A program made the position numbers and the translations under genes. From Candidatus Electronema halotolerans (GTDB taxonomy: Bacteria > Desulfobacterota > Desulfobulbia > Desulfobulbales > Desulfobulbaceae), in the NCBI GenBank assembly GCA_942493095.1, contig OW818675.1, positions 2,580,001 to 2,612,000 of the forward strand: DNA of 32,000 nt. Reading direction: 5' to 3'. The notes below the pieces were generated by a model. That model was not told where the DNA came from and made no database searches. It was given only the letters and a program-made list of their open reading frames with translations. Shown here piece after piece: positions 7,350 through 14,924 of this stretch (positions are counted from its first letter, which is position 1; each line of letters opens with the position of its first letter).

Positions 7350-7631
7350 ATGCCTGTGTATGAGTACAGATGTTCAGCCTGTGAACGGGTTTTTGAAGTG
7401 CAGCAGAAAATCAGCGACGCGCCGCTGACCACCTGCTCCGAATGCGGGGGCGAGGTGAAAAAGTTAGTTTCCGCTGCCGCCTTTCATTTAAAAGGCGGCG
7501 GCTGGTATGCGGACGGCTACAGCTCCTGCGGCAAGCAGGACGGCGGCAAGGACAAGGACAGCAAGCCTGCCGCGCCCGCCTGTTCAGGAGGAGCGGAGGG
7601 CGGCTGCAAAAGCTGTCCGGCAGCAGGCTGA
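7350..7631 (+). CDS. FmdB-family zinc-ribbon protein (CxxC_CxxC_SSSS)
   Basis: Starts MPVYEYRCSACERVFEVQQKISDAPLTTCSECGG.VKKL with a Gly/Cys-rich tail. RBS GGAAGAGGTGAG lies upstream of the ATG at 7350. Confidence 0.85.
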   Translation: MPVYEYRCSACERVFEVQQKISDAPLTTCSECGGEVKKLVSAAAFHLKGGGWYADGYSSCGKQDGGKDKDSKPAAPACSGGAEGGCKSCPAAG

Positions 7632-7656
7632 CCCCGAATTTCCCCCTTTGTTGCGA

Positions 7657-7691
7657 CCGTCGGAAAACGAGCCTGTTTCCGGCGGTTTTTT
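7657..7691 (+). terminator. Rho-independent terminator after the fmdB-like gene
   Basis: CCGTCGGAAA (7657-7666) pairs with TTTCCGGCGG (7676-7685), with one G-U pair, followed by T6. Confidence 0.75.
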
Positions 7692-7815
7692 GATTGACAG
7701 CCTTTCCTGTCCATTGGTACTCTGAAAGTATCCCCTGATGCAATCAATCAGGGGGCATCTCATGTCGTCTCCATGTTCCGGCAGACGGCAGCATCCCTGA
7801 AAAAGGAGCGGAAAA

Positions 7816-8154
7816 ATGGCAGCAGCAAGCGGTTTTTTCAGCAATATATGGGTTTGGCTCCAGAGCACCGGCGTGCCTGAGCAGGTCGGGAGCGTTGATT
7901 TTGTCGGCTTGTTCACCAACCCGTGGTTCATTGTCCCCTTTGCCGTCCTGGTCGGCATCATGATCTGGAAGCAGATGTTCAATGAACTGATTATTCTTGT
8001 TATTTTTGTCATCCTCTGGTGGCTGTCAGGAACGGAGTACATGCAGACCCTGATTGTTGACGGTGAGCTGCAGATCAAAAAGGTGATTCCGGTGCTGATT
8101 GGCGCCTCAGCACTGCTTGGTGTTATCATCTATCTGCTTTTCGGTCGTTCCTGA
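7816..8154 (+). CDS. Small membrane protein (about 3 TM segments), hypothetical
   Basis: AAGGAG lies 7 nt upstream of the ATG. Hydrophobic segments are FIVPFAVLVGIMIW, LIILVIFVILWWL and VIPVLIGASALLGVIIYLLF. Confidence 0.65.
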   Translation: MAAASGFFSNIWVWLQSTGVPEQVGSVDFVGLFTNPWFIVPFAVLVGIMIWKQMFNELIILVIFVILWWLSGTEYMQTLIVDGELQIKKVIPVLIGASALLGVIIYLLFGRS

Positions 8155-8195
8155 AGCAAGCCTTTTTTCTTTTCATCTGAATCAGGTCAGCAGGC

Positions 8196-9317
8196 ATGGA
8201 TTACCGCAACGCTGTTTTTGTCGTCACTTCAGAAGATTCCTGTCCCATCTACAACACCGGCGAGGAGCTGCAAGTGCAGGATGCGGCTGTCAGTGTCGAT
8301 TACGAGAAGCCGGTCTGCATGTTTCTGGTCCAGGAACTGCTGAAGATTGTCTCGAAAAAACCGGGTGAGCAGCGTTTCACCCAGCTCGCCATGCAGCGGG
8401 CCTCGTTCAAATGTCCCGGCTGCACTGGGTCCATGCGCTTTGAGTACAAAAAGGAGAAGGGCTTCTCTACGTTGCAGATGAACCTGCTGCGGATCGCCGA
8501 TAAAAAGGCCCGCAAGCGTCATGTTGAGGCCCTGTTCAAGCATCTGCGCACCATGGAGGTTTTCGAGCTGCTCGAAGACCATGACCTGCTGGACTTGATC
8601 TCCATGCTCAAGCTCAAGCAGTTTGATCCCAACAAGATCATCATTGCTGAGGGCACACGCGGCACCCATCTCTATATCATCCTCTCCGGCAAGGTGGCGA
8701 TTGTCAAAGGGGAAAAAGAGGTGATCGCCGAGATAGGCCGGGGCGAGATCTTCGGCGAGATGAGCCTGCTCTCCGGCGAGCCGGCTGGCAGCTCCGTGCA
8801 TTCCCGCACTGTGGTCAAATTCGGCACCATCAACGGCAAGGATCTGAAGTTCATCCTCAACCGCTACCCGGTCCTGCAAATTTTCTTCTACCGCCTCTTG
8901 GTCAACCGGGCCCAGATGAACATGGCCAAGTCCGGCAAGATCAGCTCCGGCATGAGCGGCGAGCTGATCTACATCAGCCCGGTCGAACTGTACCAGCTCA
9001 TCAATTCCGGCGGCAAATCCGGCAAGGTGGATCTGATCTTTCCAGACGGCCATGCGGTTGTTCTCTTCAATGAGGGCGAAATTGTCCAAGCCATGTTTGG
9101 CGATCTCTTAGGCAAGGAAGCCCTGTTCGCCACCTTGAGCAAGAAAAAAGGCTCCTTCACCTACAATACGCATCTTGCTGGCAAGTATCAGAAATTGCAG
9201 CCGCTGGGCGGCTTCATGGGCCTGCTCATGGAAGGATTGCAGCGCATTGACGAAGAGAAAGAGAAGTCCGGCGGAGAAGGTCTTGCTGATGACCCTGAAT
9301 TTTCAGTGGATGACTGA
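8196..9317 (+). CDS. Three-domain protein: N-terminal 4-Cys domain, cyclic-nucleotide-binding-like domain, C-terminal DUF4388/PATAN-like domain (paralog 1)
   Basis: Conserved Cys at positions 16, 41, 73 and 76 (..SCP.YN..; CPGC). The CAP_ED fold signature is IIAEGTRGTHLYIILSGKV...GEIFGEMSLLSG. The DUF4388-like segment is GEL..ISPVELYQLINSGGKSGKVDL....HAVVLFNEGEIVQA..G...GKEA. Confidence 0.75.
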   Translation: MDYRNAVFVVTSEDSCPIYNTGEELQVQDAAVSVDYEKPVCMFLVQELLKIVSKKPGEQRFTQLAMQRASFKCPGCTGSMRFEYKKEKGFSTLQMNLLRIADKKARKRHVEALFKHLRTMEVFELLEDHDLLDLISMLKLKQFDPNKIIIAEGTRGTHLYIILSGKVAIVKGEKEVIAEIGRGEIFGEMSLLSGEPAGSSVHSRTVVKFGTINGKDLKFILNRYPVLQIFFYRLLVNRAQMNMAKSGKISSGMSGELIYISPVELYQLINSGGKSGKVDLIFPDGHAVVLFNEGEIVQAMFGDLLGKEALFATLSKKKGSFTYNTHLAGKYQKLQPLGGFMGLLMEGLQRIDEEKEKSGGEGLADDPEFSVDD

Positions 9318-9396
9318 TTCAAGCCCGGATATTTATTTGCAAACAAGGCCCGTTCCAAATGCGGCTTGTTCCTTTTAATTGAGGATCGCTGGACAG

Positions 9397-10491
9397 ATGG
9401 CAGGATTCCGCAACGCTGTCTTTGTGGTGACAGAGGAATTCTCCTGCCCGCTCTACAATGTGGGCGAGGAATTTATTGTCCATGAATCTGTCCTTTCCAT
9501 TGATCGGAACAAAGAAACCTGCCTCCAGATGGTTCAGGAGTTAATGAAAGCCTTGGCCGTGGCCAAGCCGCTGCTGGAGCAGCGGATCACCCGGAAAGGG
9601 GTGCAGCGGGCCAAGTTTGAATGCGGCGGCTGCTCCGGCTTGATCCGTTTTGAATATAAGAAGGAGAAGGCCTATTCCACCCTTCAGATGAACCTGCTCA
9701 AAGTGGCCGAGCAGCGGGCCAAACAGCGGCTGATTGCTGAATTTTTCGGCATCCTCCGGGAAATGGAGCTGTTTGAGCCGCTCAATGATTTTGATTTGCA
9801 GGACTTGGCCCTGCTGATGAAGCTGCACAGCTATCCGCCCGGCAAAATCATTATTGAGGAAGGCGAGCGGGGCACCAATTTTTATGTGGTCCTGTCCGGC
9901 AAGGTGGCTGTGGTCAGCAAGGACAGCGAAGTGATCGCGGAAATTGATCCGGGCGGCATTTTTGGGGAAATGAGCCTGCTGTCCGGCGAGCTGACCTATC
10001 CGTCCGTCTATTCCAAGACCGCCTGCCAGCTTGCCGCGCTCAATGCCAAGGATTTCAAACACGTTCTTTCCCGCTATCCCATTCTCCAGATTTTCTTTTA
10101 CCGCGTCTTGGTTCACCGTGCCCAGGAAAACACTCTCAGGGCTGGCAAGATCAGTTCCGGCATGAGCGGCGAGCTGTCTGAGATCAATCCAGTGGATCTG
10201 TTCCAGATGATCAATTCCGGCGGCAAATCAGGACGGATCATCTTCAATTTCGGCAAAAGCCGCGCCATTGCGTTGTTCCATGAGGGCGAGGTGGTGGCCT
10301 GCCACCATAAGGGACAGAAGGGCAAAGAAGCGTTTTTTGCCCTGCTGGTGGAGCCGCAAGGCCGCTTCATCTACACCAAGGGCTTGAGCGAAAGGGAAAA
10401 GCAGCTTCAGCCCTTGGGCGGCTTCATGGGGCTGGTCATGGAAGGTCTCCAGCGCATTGACGAGGAGGGAGACGACAGCGGAGAGGACTGA
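9397..10491 (+). CDS. Paralog 2 of the Cys4/cNMP-like/DUF4388 protein
   Basis: Colinear with 8196-9317, with roughly half of residues identical by eye. Shared blocks include FRNAVFVVT, RFEYKKEK..STLQMNLL, GKISSGMSGEL, INSGGKSG and LQPLGGFMGL.MEGLQRIDEE. I chose the ATG at 9397 to match the N-terminus of paralog 1. Confidence 0.75.
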   Translation: MAGFRNAVFVVTEEFSCPLYNVGEEFIVHESVLSIDRNKETCLQMVQELMKALAVAKPLLEQRITRKGVQRAKFECGGCSGLIRFEYKKEKAYSTLQMNLLKVAEQRAKQRLIAEFFGILREMELFEPLNDFDLQDLALLMKLHSYPPGKIIIEEGERGTNFYVVLSGKVAVVSKDSEVIAEIDPGGIFGEMSLLSGELTYPSVYSKTACQLAALNAKDFKHVLSRYPILQIFFYRVLVHRAQENTLRAGKISSGMSGELSEINPVDLFQMINSGGKSGRIIFNFGKSRAIALFHEGEVVACHHKGQKGKEAFFALLVEPQGRFIYTKGLSEREKQLQPLGGFMGLVMEGLQRIDEEGDDSGED

Positions 10492-10493
10492 AT

Positions 10494-11705
10494 CTAAAGC
10501 CGCCGGAAGATCAGGCAGGCATTGGTGCCGCCAAAGCCGTAACTGCTCGACATCACGGCCCGCAATTTCGCCTGCCGGGTTTCCTGAACAATGTTCATTT
10601 CTTTTGCCTCTGGCTCTAAGTTGTCGATATTGGCAGTGGCAGCGATGAAGCCGTGTCGAAGCATGAGCAGGCTGTAGATGGCCTCATGTACCCCGGCGGC
10701 ACCAAGGGAGTGGCCGGACAGGGACTTGGTCGAGCTGATCGGCGGAATGCTGCTGCCAAAGGCCTGCCGCACCGCCCGCAGCTCGACCATGTCGCCAATG
10801 GGTGTTGAGGTGCCGTGGGCGTTGAGATAGTCAACCGTCGTTGTTCCAGCCATCTGGAGGGCCATTTTCATGCAGCGGGCCGCTCCCTCGCCAGAGGGCG
10901 AAACCATGTCGTGGCCGTCAGCTGTGGCTCCGTAGCCAATGATTTCAGCATAGATCGGCGCGCCCCGGCGGCGGGCCTGCTCCAGCTCCTCGACCACGAC
11001 CACGCCTGCGCCGTTGGCCACGACAAAGCCGTCCCGGTCCCGGTCCCACGGACGCGAAGCCTGGGCAGGACGCTCGTTGAAATGGGTCGAAAGCGCGCCC
11101 ATTGCGTCGAACATGGCGGTCTGCGTCCAATGTTCCTCGTCGCTGCCGCCCGCAAAGACAATGTCCTGCTTGCCGAGTTGAATCTGCTCCAAGGCCGCGC
11201 CAATGCAGTGCGCCCCGGTGGCGCAGGCTGAGGAGACCGAATAGCAGGTGCCAAGGATTTGAAAGGGCGCGGTCAGGGCGGCGGAAACCGTGCTAGACAT
11301 GGTTCTCGGCACCATGAAGGGACTGAGGCGGCGCAGCCCTTTGCTGCGCATGATGTCAGCCGTGGCCACCACATTTTCTGCCGAGGTGCCGCCGGAACCC
11401 ATGATCAGGCCGGTGCGGGGTGAGGAGACCTGCTCCTCGCGCAGACCGCTGTCAGCAACGGCCTGCCGCATGGCGATGTATGCATAGGCCGCCGCATTGC
11501 CCATGAAGCGGAGGCTTTTCTTGTCAATATGCTTCTCGCAGCGAATGCGGGTGAAGGAGCCGATCCGGGAGCGCAGGCCCAGCTCCTCATAAGCCGGGCA
11601 ATACTGGATGCCGGAGCGGCCCTGTTGCAGAGATTGCAGCACGTCACGGATGCTGTCGCCCAATGGTGAGACGATACCCATGCCAGTGATGACAGCTCTG
11701 CGCAT
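10494..11705 (-). CDS. fabB: 3-oxoacyl-ACP synthase I (KAS I)
   Basis: Near-colinear with E. coli FabB as I remember it. Shared blocks are [80 protein letters not shown] and [23 protein letters not shown]. Length 403 aa. Confidence 0.9.
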   Translation of the reverse strand: MRRAVITGMGIVSPLGDSIRDVLQSLQQGRSGIQYCPAYEELGLRSRIGSFTRIRCEKHIDKKSLRFMGNAAAYAYIAMRQAVADSGLREEQVSSPRTGLIMGSGGTSAENVVATADIMRSKGLRRLSPFMVPRTMSSTVSAALTAPFQILGTCYSVSSACATGAHCIGAALEQIQLGKQDIVFAGGSDEEHWTQTAMFDAMGALSTHFNERPAQASRPWDRDRDGFVVANGAGVVVVEELEQARRRGAPIYAEIIGYGATADGHDMVSPSGEGAARCMKMALQMAGTTTVDYLNAHGTSTPIGDMVELRAVRQAFGSSIPPISSTKSLSGHSLGAAGVHEAIYSLLMLRHGFIAATANIDNLEPEAKEMNIVQETRQAKLRAVMSSSYGFGGTNACLIFRRL

Positions 11706-11799
11706 AATGTCTCCTGATGATCAGTCTGATGGTCATATTACGGTTCAAGGATACAGAAAAACAGATTTGTCCGAAAAAAACAAGCGAAACACGACCGAC

Positions 11800-12507
11800 A
11801 TGAGCACCCGGAAAATCAAGCAGCAGATTCTCGCCTTGCTGCAAGAGCATGATCTGACCGAAATTCAGGATGAATTGGTCAAGCTGCCCGCCAAAGAGGT
11901 GATCAATGCCCTTTTTGCCGCCATCTGCCGGAGCGAGGAGCGGCTGCGCTGGTACGCAGTTTCAGCAATGGGAAGAGCGGTTGCCCGGCTGGCCGAAGAA
12001 GATATGGAGGAGGCGCGGATTGTCATGCGCCGTTTGCTCTGGAGCCTGAACGAGGAGTCAGGCGGCATTGGCTGGGGCGCGCCAGAGGCAATGGCGGAAA
12101 TTTTCTGCTGTCATGAAGGGCTGGCAGAGGAGTACATTCACATGCTGCTCTCTTATATGCGGCCTGACGGCGACGGGCCGCATCAGGAAGGCAATTTTTT
12201 GGAGCATGAGACCTTGCAGCGCGGCCTGCTCTGGGCTGCCGGACGATTAGCCCAAGGCCGCCGCGAGCTGGCTTTGGCCAAAGGCATGGCTGCTGACCTG
12301 CCCCAATATCTGCACTCGCCAGACGCAGTGGTCTGCGGCTTGGCGGCGTGGGCTATTGGCCTGCTTGGTGATTGCTGTCCTCGCTTGGAAAGACTCCATG
12401 AGCTGAAAACAGATGCAACTCAGCTCCGGCTTTACGAGGAGGGCTGTTTCAGCACTGTCACCGTCGGCGAGCTGGCGGCCAAGGCCATAGCGCGGATGCA
12501 GGCATGA
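11800..12507 (+). CDS. HEAT/armadillo-like repeat protein (resembles what NCBI labels the DVU0298 family)
   Basis: Helical repeat composition (RWYAVSAMGRAV, LLWAAGRLA, GLAAWAIGLLG). ATG at 11800. Its stop overlaps the next start (ATGA at 12504-12507). The family label is from memory and uncertain. Confidence 0.55.
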   Translation: MSTRKIKQQILALLQEHDLTEIQDELVKLPAKEVINALFAAICRSEERLRWYAVSAMGRAVARLAEEDMEEARIVMRRLLWSLNEESGGIGWGAPEAMAEIFCCHEGLAEEYIHMLLSYMRPDGDGPHQEGNFLEHETLQRGLLWAAGRLAQGRRELALAKGMAADLPQYLHSPDAVVCGLAAWAIGLLGDCCPRLERLHELKTDATQLRLYEEGCFSTVTVGELAAKAIARMQA

Positions 12508-13784
12508 AGCAGAAGCAGCTCTTTCCTCATGCCGCCTGTTTGCAATTAGCAATTCAGCCCGGCGAGATTGCCGCCAATCTGAGCAGATTTCAGGAGCTGC
12601 TCGCGGCGCAGCAGTTTCCTGAAAACACGCTTGTGGTTTTGCCGGAGGCTTGGGCCAGTGGTTTTGACTATCCCAAGGCTGCCGCATTAGCTGAACAGAC
12701 TCCGGCTGTCCTGAAAATGCTGCAAGAGAAGGCGGCGCAGCGCAAGCTCTGGTTTGCCGGGTCGTTGCTGGAACCGCAAAACGAGGGCAGGCCCTGCAAC
12801 ACCCTTTTTCTGGTCGGGCCTGAAGGCGTGGCAGGCGCATATCGGAAACATCATCTCTTCCGTTTCTGGCAGGAAGAAGAATATTTGCAGGCCGGACGCG
12901 AGCCGCTGCCGATCAACAGTCCATTTGGCCTGCTCGGAGCCTTGGTCTGCTATGATATTCGCTTCCCGGAGATCAGCCGCAGGCATGCCTTTGCAGGCAG
13001 CAGGCTGATTATTGTTTCAGCGCAATGGCCTTCAGCCCGGCTGGCCCACTGGCGGCTGCTGGTGCAGGCCAGGGCGGTGGAGAATCAGGTCTTTGTCCTT
13101 GCCTGCAACGGCTGCGGCCCGGTCGGCGAAGGCCGTCTGGCTGGCCATTCTTTGATCATTGATCCCAACGGCGAAATCTTGGCCGAAGCTGGTGACGAAG
13201 CCGGTTGCATTCAGGCACCGTTGCGGGAGGATGTCTTGGACAAACTTCGTGCCCGTTTCTGCACCAGCGGTGAGCGGCCTTGGCCGGGCTGGGACAGCAA
13301 TAAAATTGTTGCTCTGCCAACCTTACAGAAACGCCTGTCCCTACTCCGGCGGCAGGGCAGCAGAATTGTCTTCACCAATGGCTGCTTTGATTTGCTCCAT
13401 GCCGGACATGTTGATTATCTGGAGCAAGCCCGCGCCTGCGGCGACTGCCTTGTGGTCGGCCTGAATGCGGACAGCTCAGTGCGGCGGCTGAAAGGAGCCT
13501 CCCGGCCTGTCAACAGCGAAGCCGAGCGGGCCAGAGTTTTAGCCGCGCTGGGCTGTGTTGATTTTGTCATCCTCTTTGGCGAAGACACGCCGCAGCAGCT
13601 CATCACGGCCCTGCTGCCCGATGTTTTAGTCAAGGGCGCGGACTGGCCGGAAGAGGAAATTGTCGGCGCGGCAGAGGTGAAAGCCGCTGGCGGTTCGGTG
13701 CGGCGGATACCATTTAGCAGCACCTGTTCCAGCAGCAGCATTATCGCAAAGATAGCCTCCGCCCAGTCGGACTCATCCCTTTAA
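12504..13784 (+). CDS. Fusion protein: carbon-nitrogen hydrolase (nitrilase superfamily) domain plus RfaE domain II-type nucleotidyltransferase (heptose-1-P adenylyltransferase-like)
   Basis: The N-terminal half carries the Glu/Lys/Cys triad context (VVLPEAW, YRKHHLF, LVCYDIRFPE). The C-terminal half has IVFTNGCFDLLHAGHVDYLEQA...VVGLNADSSVRRLKG..RP...E.ER...LA.L..VD.V..F.EDTP..LI..L.PD.LVKG.DW. Confidence 0.8.
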   Translation: MKQKQLFPHAACLQLAIQPGEIAANLSRFQELLAAQQFPENTLVVLPEAWASGFDYPKAAALAEQTPAVLKMLQEKAAQRKLWFAGSLLEPQNEGRPCNTLFLVGPEGVAGAYRKHHLFRFWQEEEYLQAGREPLPINSPFGLLGALVCYDIRFPEISRRHAFAGSRLIIVSAQWPSARLAHWRLLVQARAVENQVFVLACNGCGPVGEGRLAGHSLIIDPNGEILAEAGDEAGCIQAPLREDVLDKLRARFCTSGERPWPGWDSNKIVALPTLQKRLSLLRRQGSRIVFTNGCFDLLHAGHVDYLEQARACGDCLVVGLNADSSVRRLKGASRPVNSEAERARVLAALGCVDFVILFGEDTPQQLITALLPDVLVKGADWPEEEIVGAAEVKAAGGSVRRIPFSSTCSSSSIIAKIASAQSDSSL

Positions 13785-14643
13785 GCTGACCAAGCACCTT
13801 GGCAACTCCTGAATAATCCAAAGGATCAACCCAGCCGTCCAGCTCGGCATCGGCAAGCGGCCTGTCGCCCGGCTCCAACTCCTTGAGCGCGGCAGCCACC
13901 TGCGCGGCCAGCTCCGGCTCCACTGTGGCTGTCTTGGCTAAAACAAAGCCCGGATACAGATCGGTGGAGCAGGCAAAGGGAAAATCCTGATGGAACTTTC
14001 TCGCCAATATCTTGAAGTCCTTCATTGTTCCGTTGCCATTGGCAAACTCACGCTCCAGCAGGCCGGTCGGCAGGGTGCCTGCGTCAACTTTCCCGGCCAG
14101 CACTGCCGTGACCACGGCCTGCGGCGTTTCAAAAAAGCGGATGGTATGAAAAAACGTGTAGGCATCAATGCCTGCATCTTTGAATTCCTTTTCCGCCATC
14201 TGCCAGCCAGCAAACGACCAGCGCCGGAGCGCGCCAAACTTTTTATCCCGCAGATTAGTCAGGCCGTTGATGCTTTTGTTGTCTGCGGCAGTGAAGATGA
14301 CCGCTCCGTTATACTCCGTGCCAATGACGGCATTTTTCATGGTTGCCACCGCCGTTGCTCCGTATTTGGCTTGGGTAGTGATGAACATCGACGGATCCGC
14401 AGTGAAGAAATCAACCTTGCCTGCCGCAACCGCAGGCAGAAGGTCTTGATAGCTTAAAGGCAGCACTCTGACCGGCTGCCGCAGTTTTTCCGCAAGATAG
14501 CGGCCCGTGGCAGCCCATTGCCGCTGGCCGTCAAAAGGGCCGTTCCAGACAAGAAAGCCGATGGTGACACCGCCTGCGGCTTGGCAGACAGCGGCGGAAA
14601 AAAACAGCAGGACAGCCAAGGCTGCCAGTAATATTCTTTGCAT
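13741..14643 (-). CDS. PhnD-like periplasmic substrate-binding protein (phosphate/phosphonate-binding family), with no transporter partner nearby
   Basis: Signal peptide MQRILLAALAVLLFFSAAVCQA. PBP type-2 pattern (L.AGKVDF......F......YG....A..........G.....), ending at 13741. ATG at 14641-14643 with RBS GGAGGGG. The track extension to 14787 is rejected. Confidence 0.65.
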   Translation of the reverse strand: MQRILLAALAVLLFFSAAVCQAAGGVTIGFLVWNGPFDGQRQWAATGRYLAEKLRQPVRVLPLSYQDLLPAVAAGKVDFFTADPSMFITTQAKYGATAVATMKNAVIGTEYNGAVIFTAADNKSINGLTNLRDKKFGALRRWSFAGWQMAEKEFKDAGIDAYTFFHTIRFFETPQAVVTAVLAGKVDAGTLPTGLLEREFANGNGTMKDFKILARKFHQDFPFACSTDLYPGFVLAKTATVEPELAAQVAAALKELEPGDRPLADAELDGWVDPLDYSGVAKVLGQLKGMSPTGRRLSLR

Positions 14644-14708
14644 CGCATCCCCTCCGTTTTTTTGAAAACAACAGCAGCAAGCGTCAATTTGCCATGCAGC
14701 ATCAATAA

Positions 14709-14738
14709 ATTGTCGCATACGGCAGGCTGCGCTGTCAA
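14709..14738 (-). promoter_or_regulatory. Candidate sigma70 promoter for the PhnD-like gene
   Basis: On the minus strand: TTGACA (14733-14738), an 18-nt spacer, then GACAAT (14709-14714). Confidence 0.35.
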
Positions 14739-14924
14739 GCACCGGAGGAAACGCGGCAAGTGCAACAACCCTGCTTGCCTGTTGCACAGAAGACTGTTAT
14801 TGAAATTCAGACAACGCAAAGTTATTGGGATGTATCGCGTTGAAAATTCGTTGGCACGTATCATCCGAGGACAGGGCCATGAGGAAGCCGAAGAACCTGC
14901 TTGCGCTTTATGAGGGAATTCTGA

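Noticed and set aside
8229-9089. A 286-aa antisense ORF across the first cNMP/DUF4388 gene (and 9541-10116 across the second)
   Set aside because: Typical GC-rich antisense open frames. The sense frames carry recognisable domains and are conserved as paralogs.
14760-14787. Hairpin GTGCAACA-N12-TGTTGCAC downstream of cobD/cobQ, considered as a possible terminator or cobalamin riboswitch fragment
   Set aside because: No U-tract follows on the minus strand, and no B12-box-like sequence (GCCACTG core) occurs in 14644-14924.
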